A DNA stretch of 64,000 bases from NCBI GenBank assembly GCA_039794845.1, contig JAUQVK010000025.1, positions 32,001-96,000 of the forward strand. The letters are read 5' to 3'. The stretch's first letter is position 1; every line of letters begins with the position of its first letter. This document shows, piece by piece, positions 50,497 through 60,749 of this stretch. Below the pieces are notes generated by a model. It was not told the DNA's origin. It saw nothing but the letters and a program-made list of their open reading frames with translations, and searched no databases. The translations under genes and the position numbers were made by a program. The DNA is from Thermostichus sp. DRC_bins_24. Its GTDB lineage: Bacteria; Cyanobacteriota; Cyanobacteriia; Thermostichales; Thermostichaceae.

Positions 50497-50883
50497 TCAT
50501 GAGCGCCGACTGGATCGTAGAGCCTTGTGGCGGTTGTTCACTTGCTTCAAAAACAAGGGCAAAAGGTGTGCCTGAATATGGGCAAAGGCAGCCTGTAATC
50601 CTTCCGTTTCGTAAACCAGGCCAATTTCTGCTTCTACCCCAGTGGGATCCCCAAGGGCGGACAAAAACTGATTGGAAGTGAGCCAAGTAAACAGCTCTGT
50701 GCGCCCCAAATCCGAGTGGGGAGGAGGATCCATTTGCCACTCCTGCGGCGAGCCAAGTAACCACTGCCGAGCAAACAAACCCAACACCGCATCCCCTAGC
50801 CAGGCTTTATCTCGACGGGATCCCTCGTCCAATTGGGCCACTTGCTGTTTGTAGGTCAAGGGGGAATTCGATTCTGTAGGCAT
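50497..50883 (-). CDS. Stand-alone RNase III-like catalytic domain protein
   Basis: KAWLGDAVL, TSNQFL, VEAEIG.VY; no dsRBD. Confidence 0.75.
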   Translation of the reverse strand: MPTESNSPLTYKQQVAQLDEGSRRDKAWLGDAVLGLFARQWLLGSPQEWQMDPPPHSDLGRTELFTWLTSNQFLSALGDPTGVEAEIGLVYETEGLQAAFAHIQAHLLPLFLKQVNNRHKALRSSRRS

Positions 50884-50942
50884 GGTGAATCGAGAGTGGT
50901 AGAGCTCTTTAGAAGGGATCCCCAACCGAGCTATGTAGGGGG

Positions 50943-52355
50943 TCAGGAGTTGGTAGGGATGTGGGATTGGTACTCCGGCAGGACAAAGTAAAACGTCGTC
51001 CCCGAATCCACTGCTGAATCAAAACCAATTTTGCCGCCGTGCTGTTCGATGATTGCCTTACAAATGCTCAAGCCCAAGCCTGTGCCGCCCCGCATACGGG
51101 TGGTGGAGCTATCGGCCTGGGCAAACTTTTGGAAGATGCGCTCCTTGAATTCCTCAGGGATCCCTGTGCCTTGATCGATCACAGCAACCCGCACCTGCCT
51201 CTGCTGCTGGCTCACCTGAATCTGCACGACGGATCCCGGCGGAGAAAACTTGCAGGCATTGGAGAGCAAGTTGGTGAGAACCTGCAGCAAGCGATGGCTG
51301 TCTCCCATCACCCAACATTCTGTTGAGCCCGGATCCAGCTGCAGCTCTACCTCATACTGTGTGGCATAGGTGCGATTGTCCTCCATGGCCTGATGCACCA
51401 GCTCCAACATCTGCTGGGGCTGCATCCGGAACTCCATCCGACCCGCCTCGATCTTCTCGATATCGAGAATGTCATTCACCAAGGCCACTAACCGTTCCAC
51501 ACTACGGTAAGCAATCTCTGCCAAAGACTTCACTTGGCTTGGCAACTCTCCTACCGCCCCGCCAATGATCAGACCCAAAGCCCCCCGGATGGCCGTCAAA
51601 GGAGTACGCAACTCATGGTTCACCGTCGAGACAAATTCTTTTTTCATCTGATCCATATGCTTGCGTTCGGTGATGTCCTCAATGGTGCTTTCGAAATAGA
51701 GCAGTTCTCCCTCGCGGTCATACACCGGCTGTACACTTTGGGAAATCCAGGCCAAGCGACCATCTAACCGTTGTACCTGCGCTTCAAACTGAGTAATGTG
51801 CCCTTCTGCCTGCAGTTGTTTAAGAAAGTCTGTGTAACGGGTTGGATCCGTATGAAAACGCTCCATGCCCTGCTGTAAATCTGCGAGTAACTCCTCCGGG
51901 GATCCATAGCCAAAAATGCGGGCCAGAGCTTGATTGGCGGATAGGTAGCACCCTTGGGGCGAAATCTGGCACATCCCCTCCGGTGCATTCTCAAAAATGC
52001 TGCGAAAGCGAGCTTCTGAGGCGCGTAGATCCGCTTCTACGGTGTCTCCATGCTCGGTGGTGGTTTGCAGTATTAACTCCAAATCTGATTTGGCCAACAC
52101 CAATTCTTCCGTTTTCTGGATTAAAACGGCCTCGATAGTATCGGCATGTTCGGTGGTGGTTTCCAATAAAATTTCCAGATCCCGTTTTTCTTGGGTCAGT
52201 TGTTGAATCTGTTGCCAATACTCCTCCACCTGAGTGAGCAGTTGCATGCGTTCCTTGCGCTCCAGAGCAAGCTGCTGTTGCAAAAACTCCACTTGCTTCT
52301 GCAAATCGGTTTCTATGCTATTCGGCATTGCGTCAGAAGGTTTTGGAGATGGCAC
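50943..52355 (-). CDS. Cytoplasmic PAS-domain histidine kinase
   Basis: FRSIFENA PAS, EDITERK, HELRTPL, NLLSNACKF, DQGTGI, GGTGLGL. Confidence 0.95.
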   Translation of the reverse strand: MPSPKPSDAMPNSIETDLQKQVEFLQQQLALERKERMQLLTQVEEYWQQIQQLTQEKRDLEILLETTTEHADTIEAVLIQKTEELVLAKSDLELILQTTTEHGDTVEADLRASEARFRSIFENAPEGMCQISPQGCYLSANQALARIFGYGSPEELLADLQQGMERFHTDPTRYTDFLKQLQAEGHITQFEAQVQRLDGRLAWISQSVQPVYDREGELLYFESTIEDITERKHMDQMKKEFVSTVNHELRTPLTAIRGALGLIIGGAVGELPSQVKSLAEIAYRSVERLVALVNDILDIEKIEAGRMEFRMQPQQMLELVHQAMEDNRTYATQYEVELQLDPGSTECWVMGDSHRLLQVLTNLLSNACKFSPPGSVVQIQVSQQQRQVRVAVIDQGTGIPEEFKERIFQKFAQADSSTTRMRGGTGLGLSICKAIIEQHGGKIGFDSAVDSGTTFYFVLPEYQSHIPTNS

Positions 52356-52429
52356 GGGCGCAGGAGCCTCAACCTCTTCATGTTAGCGATTCAAGACTCG
52401 ACTGAGCTATCCGAAAAAAAAGTGGACTG

Positions 52430-52566
52430 TACGGCCTCTGCACGGATTCTCTACACAGGGATCGGGCTTCCTATTCCCGCTATGCTGCAAGGCGCGGAGC
52501 ACCATCCCTACAAGAGGTAGGTCTTAACCTCCACAGTTGTTGTAGGGGGCTAGCGAAGGAGCTGTA
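52430..52566 (+). mobile_element. MITE-like element, apparently full length (137 bp)
   Basis: TACGGCC...GAGCTGTA termini; internal identity with the 9822-9918 and 20560-20665 copies. Confidence 0.72.
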
Positions 52567-52680
52567 ACGGGTAGTCCGTGAACTCAGCGGCAAAGCACTT
52601 CTACCTCATCTTAAGATAGGGGCTGGCCCACCCCCGTCAGGGTTGCGGATTGATTTTGGCATTGCGAGGATCCTAAGAAC

Positions 52681-53352
52681 ATGTTGTTGGAGCTAACCCC
52701 AGAAGAGTGTGAAGCGGTGATTCCGGTGGTGCCGACGCGCCTCCAGTATGCAGCTTACTGGAGCGATGCTCTCAAGAGTACGGGGCGCATCATCACGGCC
52801 ATTTTGGTGGGGGTAGCGCTGCTGGTGCTTTCTCGTGCTTTCGGGGAGGGATCTTTCCTGGGGGCCATTTGCTTTCTGGCCGGGATCCTCTCGTTGCTCT
52901 ATCCCTTTTTGTGGGGGCCGCTCTATGTCATCTCCCGTCGTCAAATCGCCTTTCGAGAGATCCCCTACGGAGGGTTGTTCTTTGGGCAGGTGTTGCGCAC
53001 GCGCCGCATCAACGTGGTGGTGGAGGAACGAGAAAAGCTAGACGAGAACGGCGACCTGTACATCGAGGAGGTGCGGGAACGGCAGTTCGAGATGGAAATG
53101 GGGGATGAAACCGGGGTGACCTACCGGCTGCGGGCCAAGGATGACCCCCGTTACGGGCGAATTGTAAAAAAGCAATCGGTGATCGGGCTGGTGAAAGCCT
53201 ATTCCCGCGATTTGCAGCGCCGCCCTACCCTGAGCGAGGTATACGTGGTCAAGTTGGGGGAATGGGTGGGAGATGTCTCCTATCTGGATCGGGAGGCGTT
53301 TTTGGACATGGCGGATGAGCTGTTGGAGCTGCATGCCCAGGGGTTGGCTTAA
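52681..53352 (+). CDS. Conserved cyanobacterial 2-TM hypothetical protein
   Basis: IPVVPTRLQY..YW, LWGP, EREKLDENGDL.I.E, GDETG. Confidence 0.8.
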   Translation: MLLELTPEECEAVIPVVPTRLQYAAYWSDALKSTGRIITAILVGVALLVLSRAFGEGSFLGAICFLAGILSLLYPFLWGPLYVISRRQIAFREIPYGGLFFGQVLRTRRINVVVEEREKLDENGDLYIEEVRERQFEMEMGDETGVTYRLRAKDDPRYGRIVKKQSVIGLVKAYSRDLQRRPTLSEVYVVKLGEWVGDVSYLDREAFLDMADELLELHAQGLA

Positions 53353-53531
53353 GCATAGGCATTGGACTGGTTTTTGAGGATGTCTCGAAACGGCGAACCC
53401 GGATCCCTTTCAAATCTTGGAGAACTTGGTTCGGCGGCGGATCTGAGGTTAGGCTATTCCCAGCTTGGGGAACCAAGACACATCGATGCCCTGCCCCAGA
53501 ACCTATGAGCTGTGTGTGAGGGAAAGCTGAG

Positions 53532-54380
53532 GTGAATTGGAGACTGATCCGCCATTTCTCCGTGTTGCTGTCGGCCTTGACCTTTTGGGGATCCCCGACC
53601 TGGGCTGGGGAGTATTTCACCGAGGAAGTGACCAGCCCGAGCCTGGAGATCATTCACGGTTGGCGACAGGAGGTCTACGGCATCACGATTACCATCACCA
53701 ATACCAGCCTGGGATCCTTTCAGGTGCCGCTGGAGATTGACCTGGATGATCGTGACAGTTGTGAGCGTGCCGATTTGGTGCTGACCAACAACCGCACCAT
53801 GCCGATGGGATCCTTCCAGGAGTGCATTCTCAACATCTTTCCCTTCCTGGATAAGTTCATTAACCAAGAAGTCGCCAGCATTCAGGTCACCCTCAGGGGG
53901 GCAGCCCCCCTCCTAGAGATTCCGGTAGAAGAATCGGATCGGCTGATTTTGGCGCAGGTAGCCAACCAATCGCGGGAAGCGTTTGTTTTCTTTCAGCAGG
54001 AGCTAGCTCGAGTTTTGGAGTTGTTGAAGCAGTCGGATCCCGGCGAGAGTGAGATCGCTCAACAGCCCCCCACCCCAGCACCGACGGCCATGCCAGCTGA
54101 GTCTGGGGCGAACCCTGGTGACTTTGTCATTGTCGGGCAAATTCGGGAAGAACGGGTTGGGGCAGGCAGTCGCCTCAGCGTTGAGGCCATCAACCGCAGC
54201 ACTCGCACCGTGTTAAATGCCCAAGCCCGCTTTAGCTTTTATCAAGGAGAAGAGGTGGTGGATACGCGGGTGGCGGGGTTTGAACCCAGCGATGTGCCGG
54301 CTGGAGAACGGGCCTTTGCCAGCGTGTTAAAAACAGAAGCCAATTGGGATCGCGTCACCGTCACCTTTCAGTGGCAGTAG
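53532..54380 (+). CDS. Secreted protein with C-terminal FxLYD-like Ig-type domain
   Basis: Signal peptide; Pro-rich linker; N.S....NA...FSFY...VVD....DVPAGE... Confidence 0.7.
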   Translation: MNWRLIRHFSVLLSALTFWGSPTWAGEYFTEEVTSPSLEIIHGWRQEVYGITITITNTSLGSFQVPLEIDLDDRDSCERADLVLTNNRTMPMGSFQECILNIFPFLDKFINQEVASIQVTLRGAAPLLEIPVEESDRLILAQVANQSREAFVFFQQELARVLELLKQSDPGESEIAQQPPTPAPTAMPAESGANPGDFVIVGQIREERVGAGSRLSVEAINRSTRTVLNAQARFSFYQGEEVVDTRVAGFEPSDVPAGERAFASVLKTEANWDRVTVTFQWQ

Positions 54381-54465
54381 TGGCCAATGCACGGGAGCCA
54401 AGGGATCCCGATCCGCGAATGGGTGGGATCCCCCTGCCTGTTTTTGTGAAGGGGTGGAATTGGGC

Positions 54466-55686
54466 TTAGGGGGCCAAGGCGTTGCCGCGAATCAGGCTAC
54501 CCAGGGTTTTGGCAGTCACTTTCAGCTGTACCCAAGGGTTCATGGGCACCACCGTCTTGTAGAGATAACTGTCAAAGGTCATCTTCTGCACATCCGGGTC
54601 GGCGCACATTTCCACAAAGGCTTCACGGGTGGCGTTGGAACGATAGAAGATCCGTTGCAAAATATCCAGCACTTTGTAGGTCATGCCGTACTGGCGATCC
54701 CAGCGCTTGAGGTAGAGCTTCAGCTCATTTTCCGTAGGGATCCGTGCCCCATTGTTGGATACCTCCACAATCGTTTCGGCACACATGCGGCCCGATTTGG
54801 CGGCAAAATAGATGCCTTCCCCGCTGGATTTGGTCACATACCCTGCAGCATCCCCCACCAAAGCCGCCCGACCCACAACACGACGCGGACGCGGATGCTC
54901 GGGAATCGGATGGGCTTCCACCTTGATCACCTGCCCCCCGCGAATGCGCTCGGCGGCCCGCGCCCGGATCCCTGCTTGCAACTTTTGAATATTGGCTTGG
55001 TTCACCTTCATGGTGCCGGTGCCCACAGCCACATGGTTGGACTTGGGAAACACCCAGGCATAAAAATCGGTGGAAACATCATCCCCCACGTACATTTCCG
55101 CCCGGTCTTCGTAGTAGGCCATTTTGTCGTCGGGGATTTTGATGCGCTCCTGAAAGGCAAGGGCATAGTTGTAGTCGCCGGCATCGATCGCTTCGGCCAC
55201 CTTGGAGTGAAAGCCATCGGCCCCAATCACCAAATCCACCGCCAAAGAACGGGGTGACCCCTGCTTGGAACCCTCAGAAAAATCGTTGTAGTGCAAAAGA
55301 TAGGGATCCCGTCCATTCTTGGGGATCTCCAAATGCATCACCTTGCCGTTGATCAGCTCCGCCCCTTTTTCGTGGGCACGGTTGCGCAAGAAGCCATCGA
55401 GGATCTCGCGGCGGCACATGCCGATGTATTCGTCTTCTTTTTCGAGGTAGATATCCACTTCGTAATTGGAAGGGGAGATCATCTTCATCTTGCGCACTTT
55501 GCGGTCGATGATCTCGGGGGGGAGGTCAAATTCCGACACCATGCAGAGAGGAATGGCACCCCCGCAGGGCTTGGCATTATCCAGCTTACGTTCGAACAAG
55601 AAGGTTTCAATTCCGGCTCGGGCTAGAACTTCAGCAGCAGAAGCTCCGGCTGGCCCGCCTCCCACGACAGCAACTCTCAGGCTCAA
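54466..55686 (-). CDS. chlP: Geranylgeranyl reductase
   Basis: VAVVGGGPAG, AKPCGGAIPLCM, VGDAAGYVTKSSGEGIYFAAKSG; TTG start behind a GGAGAG RBS. Confidence 0.98.
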   Translation of the reverse strand: MSLRVAVVGGGPAGASAAEVLARAGIETFLFERKLDNAKPCGGAIPLCMVSEFDLPPEIIDRKVRKMKMISPSNYEVDIYLEKEDEYIGMCRREILDGFLRNRAHEKGAELINGKVMHLEIPKNGRDPYLLHYNDFSEGSKQGSPRSLAVDLVIGADGFHSKVAEAIDAGDYNYALAFQERIKIPDDKMAYYEDRAEMYVGDDVSTDFYAWVFPKSNHVAVGTGTMKVNQANIQKLQAGIRARAAERIRGGQVIKVEAHPIPEHPRPRRVVGRAALVGDAAGYVTKSSGEGIYFAAKSGRMCAETIVEVSNNGARIPTENELKLYLKRWDRQYGMTYKVLDILQRIFYRSNATREAFVEMCADPDVQKMTFDSYLYKTVVPMNPWVQLKVTAKTLGSLIRGNALAP

Positions 55687-55871
55687 AGCTCTCTCCTCGA
55701 TGCAAATGCGATCTGTCCAATTGACAGCAGGCATCCTACCACAGCTCCCCAGAAGCCTTGCGAACCTTGACGAAGTGTTGCAGTTTGGCGGCGAGAGGGT
55801 GAAGTGTTGTGGAAAAACAAGGGGGGATCCCTAAAATATGGGTTTTGCTGCGGGTGCGTTGATTGCGGAGG

Positions 55872-58800
55872 TTAGGGAACCACGCTTAGGGAGGTGCTGG
55901 CGCTTTGTCCGTAGCGGCTGGGATCGTACATTTCCTCGGCTACAGCCGGAGAAACTTGGAATTGCCCCGGAATTTCAGGGCGGAAGAGGTAGACCAATTC
56001 GTGGCGGCCTTTGCTCAACTCAGTGCTAAAGAAGGCCACCCGATCATCCCGATTTTCTTGGTGGGTCCAAAACCAATCCCACCAATAGTCGGGTAAGGAC
56101 TCCGTCCCGCTAACGCGAACAGAGCCGGTGAGCAGGCGGGGATCCTGAGAGGCGATCTCCACACCGCTGGGCAAGGGATCCTCGATCAGCACGTAATGGC
56201 TATCCCGCTCTGCCTCTACGATCAGCCGACCCAACACCATTTCCCCGGCCTGTACGGAGTCTTGGGGCTGTAGAGGCTGTTCGCGGTAGAGAATTTGCCC
56301 ATGGGCTTGGGGCTGGGGTTGCAGACGGAAGTAACGGCGGCTAACGGTGAAGCCCTGGCTTTGGGGCCCTGCAGGGGTGGGGGTAAAGGCGGATCCCGTC
56401 AGGCTGTAGTAGAGAGGGCCCGGCCCCGTTTTTTCCAGGCGCAGGCTGCGCAGATTCTCCACATCGGCATCCGCCAAGGCGATCACCTGGCGGGGATCCG
56501 GGGTGCTGGGCTGCCAACGACCCACCAGGGATCTGCTTTCGCCGTTGAACACGAAGACTTCTCCAGGGCTGGGGTTTTGCCGGAACTGGGCCTGGTAGTA
56601 GGGAATGAGGCCGAGCAGGGCATCGGCGGTGGCTTTGGTGGTGGACCAGCGGTTGTTTTGCTGTTGGTTAAGGATGGCTGCCGCGATCTCTGCAGCGCGG
56701 GGATCCTGCAACTGGGTGGCCAACTGCAGCAAAGGCCCGGCCACTTCCATGTCATGGTAGCTGGAGCGCTCCTGAGCGGTACGGACATGGGCTTGGGGAA
56801 TGAACCAGCGACCTTGGGGATCCGTCTGATGCCGTTGCAGGGCTTGATCCAGGGCAGCCTGGGCCAGAGGGGTTTGCCCCAGTTGGAGGGCAGTTAGGCC
56901 CCGATAGGCGAGCCCAAAGGTGGAGAGCTGCTCCGGTGGAGGGGTTGTCAACAGGGAGGGGCTACTGGGATCCCAGAGGACAAGGCCATGAGCGACGAAG
57001 GCTTGCATATCCGGGGATAGGGCCTGTGGCTGGGCCAGTTGTTCCGTCAGGTAGGTAAGGCCCCGTTGCACCTGCCAGTCTTTGAGGGTATATCCCGCAG
57101 CTTGGGCAAGGTGATACCCCTGCAGGATGTAGCTGGTGAGGTAAGGGTTGCTCGTGTCGTAGGCCCACCAGCCCCAGCCCCCATCGAAGTTTTGGGATCC
57201 CTCGAGGCGTTGGAGCCCCGCCTGTAAAACTCTGGGCAGACGCTCCAGGGTTTGAGACCGCAAGCTGAGGCCCAGTTGCTCGCTGGCTAGGTTAACCGCA
57301 AGGGCGGGCAAAAAGCGGCTCAGGGTTTGCTCGGTGCAGCCGTAGGGAAACTCCACCAGGTAGTCAAGGGGGCCCAGCAGGGCGGCCAGCGGGCTAGAGG
57401 CCAGTTCCAGACGGGCATTGCGGGATCCCGCTACCCAGGTGGAGGGCCAATCCAAGGGCAAGTTCAGGGTGGCTGCATCTTGCAGTTGTCCCGATTGAGA
57501 GAAGCGGTGCACAGCCCCGAAGGGCTGGCTGGGGATCTGCAGTTGCAGGGCATCTTGTAGAGTGCTCCCCTCTGCCCAAACCCGCACGGTGGTGTCTCCG
57601 GCCCCTAAGACCTGGACGGGCCATTCCACCCGCTCTGCCCCCTGGGCTGCCACGGTCAGGCGTTGACGCAGTGGGGCCTGCAGTTGCAGGTTACCCGGCA
57701 CGTCCAGCCGCACCTCCACCCCTTGAGCTTGGTCGGTACGGTTTTGCACGATGGCCGCCAAGGTGAGGCGATCGCCCACTTGGAAAAAGCGGGGGGTGGC
57801 GAGACGAACCAACAGATCTTTGCTGACCAAGACGCTGCTGAGGGCGGATCCCACTTGGGTGTCGGCGGTGGCGGCGCGGGCGGTGAGGCGCCAGGTGGTG
57901 AGGTTGTCGGGCCAGCGCACCTGCACTTGGGCCAAGCCGTTGGCATCTGTGAGCACGTTCGGGAACCAAGCGGCTGTATCTTGAAAATCTTCCCGGATTT
58001 GGTTGGCCAGTTTATCGGCCCCGCCAGGGTACTGCTGCGGAAATGAAGTGGTGGTGGTGACTTGGTTGTAGATGCGTCCGTAAAAAAAGCGGCGAATATC
58101 CGGGGTGCGATCCGGCCTAAGGAGGTAAATGGCGCTGTCGACAATGCCCAAACCGACTTCAGCGCTGACGGGTTGGCCTTGGGCATCGCGGGTGCGGATT
58201 TGAATTTGGGCGGTTTCTCCGGGTTGATAGTTGGGTTTGTCCGTTTGCAGCTCCACCTGCAAGAAGCGATCCAACGGTGAAACTCGCAGCAGGGTTTCGT
58301 TTTGGTACAGTCGCCGCTCGGGGCCGATGACGGTGGCGGTGGCGTAGATGTTGGGGCGATAGTCGCCTGTGATCGGCAGGGTGAGGGTGGCGGTATGCCC
58401 CTGCAAGGGCAGCACCTGCACCTGATGCAGCCGGGATCCCTCAATGCCCACCAACACCGACACATCCGGCACCGGCGAGATGATCAACAGTTGGGCCTCT
58501 TCCCCCACTTGATACACTTGCCGATCCGGGATTACCTCCAGGCTTTGGGTGGATCCCCAACTCTGTAAAGGGCTGCCCGGTTGCACCACCCAGAGATAGG
58601 CGATATCCTGCACTCGCCGCCGTTGGGGATCCCGGGCGGTCAGTCGTACCCGATAGTCTCCCGGCTCCAAGTCGGCGGGCAAGTTAACCGTGACGCTACC
58701 CTCTCCGTCGGCAATGCGAAAAGATTGTCTCAACAGGGTGCTCTGCTGTTGGTAGGTATTGCTGCGGGGATCCCAGCGCCAGCGCTCCAGGCTCAATTCC

Positions 58801-60650
58801 CCCTCGGTGCTGACAGGCTTGCCATCGTAATCGCGGGCTTGTAAACGATAGGTGACCGACTCTCCCGGGGCAGGCAGGTGGCGATCTGCCTCCGAAAAGA
58901 GGGCAAAATCGGCGGCGGTCACCCAGGCGCGAGCGGATCCCGTCACCAGCCGTCGGCTGATATCGGTGACTTCCACTTCGATGCGCAGTTGTTGCACCTC
59001 CTGGCTACCCCAGTAGCCTTCTTCCTCCCAGTTCAGATCCTGCAAAAGGCGGTTAAGGCGAAAATCCGCTCTGCCATTGGCATCGGTCAGGCCATCCCCT
59101 TCTGCCACCAGGCGACCATAGCCACCGTAGTACCCCTCCTCCTCGCCGATGTCGTTGGCGAAATAGTCTTCCGCCTCGGAACGGGGCAATAACCCGTAGC
59201 GCAGGCTCCAATCGGGGCTGCTGTAAACCCGGTAGTGAACCTGGGCATTGGCCACAGGCCCGCCAAACAGGTATTCCGCTTCGATCCCCACCGCCAGGGA
59301 TCCCCCCCGCACCAGCCAAGGTTGGGAGGGCAACACCGTCACCTCAAATTCGGGCTTGCGATAGGCTTCCACCTGAAAGGAGGTGTATTCACTGCCGGAT
59401 CCTGCTGGCCCCGACACTTGCCAATCGAGGCCATAGCTGCCCAGGGGGGCTTCTTCCGGCAGCCGGAATTCTCCGTGAACGCTGCCAAAAGTGCTGGTGG
59501 TCAAGGTTTGCTCCCTGAGCAGGTCTCCATTGGGGGCGGTGATCGACAGTTGGACAGCTTGTCCGGGTGGGGGTGGGGTAAGGGTGGTTTGATCCCGCAC
59601 TAAGGCCCGGAAATACACCGTTTGGCCAGGACGATAGAGGGGGCGATCGGTGTAGGCGTAGATGCGCTCAGACGGGGTGAAGCCGTAGGCGTAGCTGGTG
59701 GACAAAGATTGCAAGCTCGGGTTGGATCCCTGGCCCAGGATCAACACCGAGGTTCTGTCAGCGGCGGGCAGCGTAAATCGGGCCAGCCCCTCCGCATCGG
59801 TGGTGCCCGTCAGGGGATCCCCTTCTCCCGTGAAAACCTGCAACTGGATCCCTGGTAGGGGGCGTAACTCGCGCAGGTGAACCGCCTGCACCACCAGTTG
59901 AGTTGCGCTCTGCTTTTGAATCAGGCCCAGGTCGCTCACCAAAAACCAATGGTCGGAACGGGGCAACGATTCGGAGTTACCCAGAGGTTCTCGTCCCTCC
60001 GCTTCCACCCAATAGGCGCCCGGCGGCAGGATCCCCAGATCCAAGGTTTGGGCCGTCCATCCTTGTTCTGGCTGCGGTTGTACGGGCTGCTGCCAACTGC
60101 GAAGGCGTTCTCGCCGCAGGGTGGGATCCAGGGCAGGATTGAGGGATCCATAGCCAGCATTGGCCAAATCCCGCAAAAGTGGGGATCCCTGCACCTCCGC
60201 CAGGGAAAAGCGATAAAGGCTGAACTGCACCGCCCGCAAGCTGGTGGCCCGCATATTGAGCTGCGCAGGTTCCCCGGCGGTAAACACCTGGCTGGTGCTG
60301 TAGAGATTCAGGCTGGGGGGCAAAAGCTGAGGCCGTAAGGTCGGGATCCGCGCTGTCGCCCCTTCTCGCACTTGGGCTGCCACCTCGCTGCGCAGCGTTT
60401 CCAGACCAGCCCCCCGTAAGGTTACTTGGTATTGGCCGAGGGGCAACCGATCCAGCCGATACTGGCCCTTGTCATCAAGGGTAGCGCTGCGACTGACCGG
60501 GCCAGACGCGATCACCTGTACCACCCCAGGGGGGGATCCCGCCGGTAACTCCACACTGCCCATCAGGGATCCCGTCGGTTGCTCCGAGAGCAAAACCGCC
60601 AGCCCCAACCCCAGGAACATCACCAGGGCCACCAACCATCGCCGCAGCAT
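55872..60650 (-). CDS. Bacterial alpha-2-macroglobulin
   Basis: SDLGL, TDRPLYRPG, YRKPEF, PDNLTTW, PYGCTEQ thioester, DGGWGWW, EEMY.P. Confidence 0.95.
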   Translation of the reverse strand: MLRRWLVALVMFLGLGLAVLLSEQPTGSLMGSVELPAGSPPGVVQVIASGPVSRSATLDDKGQYRLDRLPLGQYQVTLRGAGLETLRSEVAAQVREGATARIPTLRPQLLPPSLNLYSTSQVFTAGEPAQLNMRATSLRAVQFSLYRFSLAEVQGSPLLRDLANAGYGSLNPALDPTLRRERLRSWQQPVQPQPEQGWTAQTLDLGILPPGAYWVEAEGREPLGNSESLPRSDHWFLVSDLGLIQKQSATQLVVQAVHLRELRPLPGIQLQVFTGEGDPLTGTTDAEGLARFTLPAADRTSVLILGQGSNPSLQSLSTSYAYGFTPSERIYAYTDRPLYRPGQTVYFRALVRDQTTLTPPPPGQAVQLSITAPNGDLLREQTLTTSTFGSVHGEFRLPEEAPLGSYGLDWQVSGPAGSGSEYTSFQVEAYRKPEFEVTVLPSQPWLVRGGSLAVGIEAEYLFGGPVANAQVHYRVYSSPDWSLRYGLLPRSEAEDYFANDIGEEEGYYGGYGRLVAEGDGLTDANGRADFRLNRLLQDLNWEEEGYWGSQEVQQLRIEVEVTDISRRLVTGSARAWVTAADFALFSEADRHLPAPGESVTYRLQARDYDGKPVSTEGELSLERWRWDPRSNTYQQQSTLLRQSFRIADGEGSVTVNLPADLEPGDYRVRLTARDPQRRRVQDIAYLWVVQPGSPLQSWGSTQSLEVIPDRQVYQVGEEAQLLIISPVPDVSVLVGIEGSRLHQVQVLPLQGHTATLTLPITGDYRPNIYATATVIGPERRLYQNETLLRVSPLDRFLQVELQTDKPNYQPGETAQIQIRTRDAQGQPVSAEVGLGIVDSAIYLLRPDRTPDIRRFFYGRIYNQVTTTTSFPQQYPGGADKLANQIREDFQDTAAWFPNVLTDANGLAQVQVRWPDNLTTWRLTARAATADTQVGSALSSVLVSKDLLVRLATPRFFQVGDRLTLAAIVQNRTDQAQGVEVRLDVPGNLQLQAPLRQRLTVAAQGAERVEWPVQVLGAGDTTVRVWAEGSTLQDALQLQIPSQPFGAVHRFSQSGQLQDAATLNLPLDWPSTWVAGSRNARLELASSPLAALLGPLDYLVEFPYGCTEQTLSRFLPALAVNLASEQLGLSLRSQTLERLPRVLQAGLQRLEGSQNFDGGWGWWAYDTSNPYLTSYILQGYHLAQAAGYTLKDWQVQRGLTYLTEQLAQPQALSPDMQAFVAHGLVLWDPSSPSLLTTPPPEQLSTFGLAYRGLTALQLGQTPLAQAALDQALQRHQTDPQGRWFIPQAHVRTAQERSSYHDMEVAGPLLQLATQLQDPRAAEIAAAILNQQQNNRWSTTKATADALLGLIPYYQAQFRQNPSPGEVFVFNGESRSLVGRWQPSTPDPRQVIALADADVENLRSLRLEKTGPGPLYYSLTGSAFTPTPAGPQSQGFTVSRRYFRLQPQPQAHGQILYREQPLQPQDSVQAGEMVLGRLIVEAERDSHYVLIEDPLPSGVEIASQDPRLLTGSVRVSGTESLPDYWWDWFWTHQENRDDRVAFFSTELSKGRHELVYLFRPEIPGQFQVSPAVAEEMYDPSRYGQSASTSLSVVP

Positions 60651-60749
60651 CGGATCCCTCCCCCCAGTTGATCCCATCCTGCCTTAGGGATCCCCTTACC
60701 CGAAGAACTTTCAGGTCAGGATCCAAAGTGGCGCTCTTGCCCGTTCCGA

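Noticed and set aside
20621..52545. Shared 18-mer considered as a CRISPR repeat or known riboswitch
   Set aside because: No spacer array, no cas genes and no match to riboswitch consensus sequences I recognise; better explained as part of the MITE-like family
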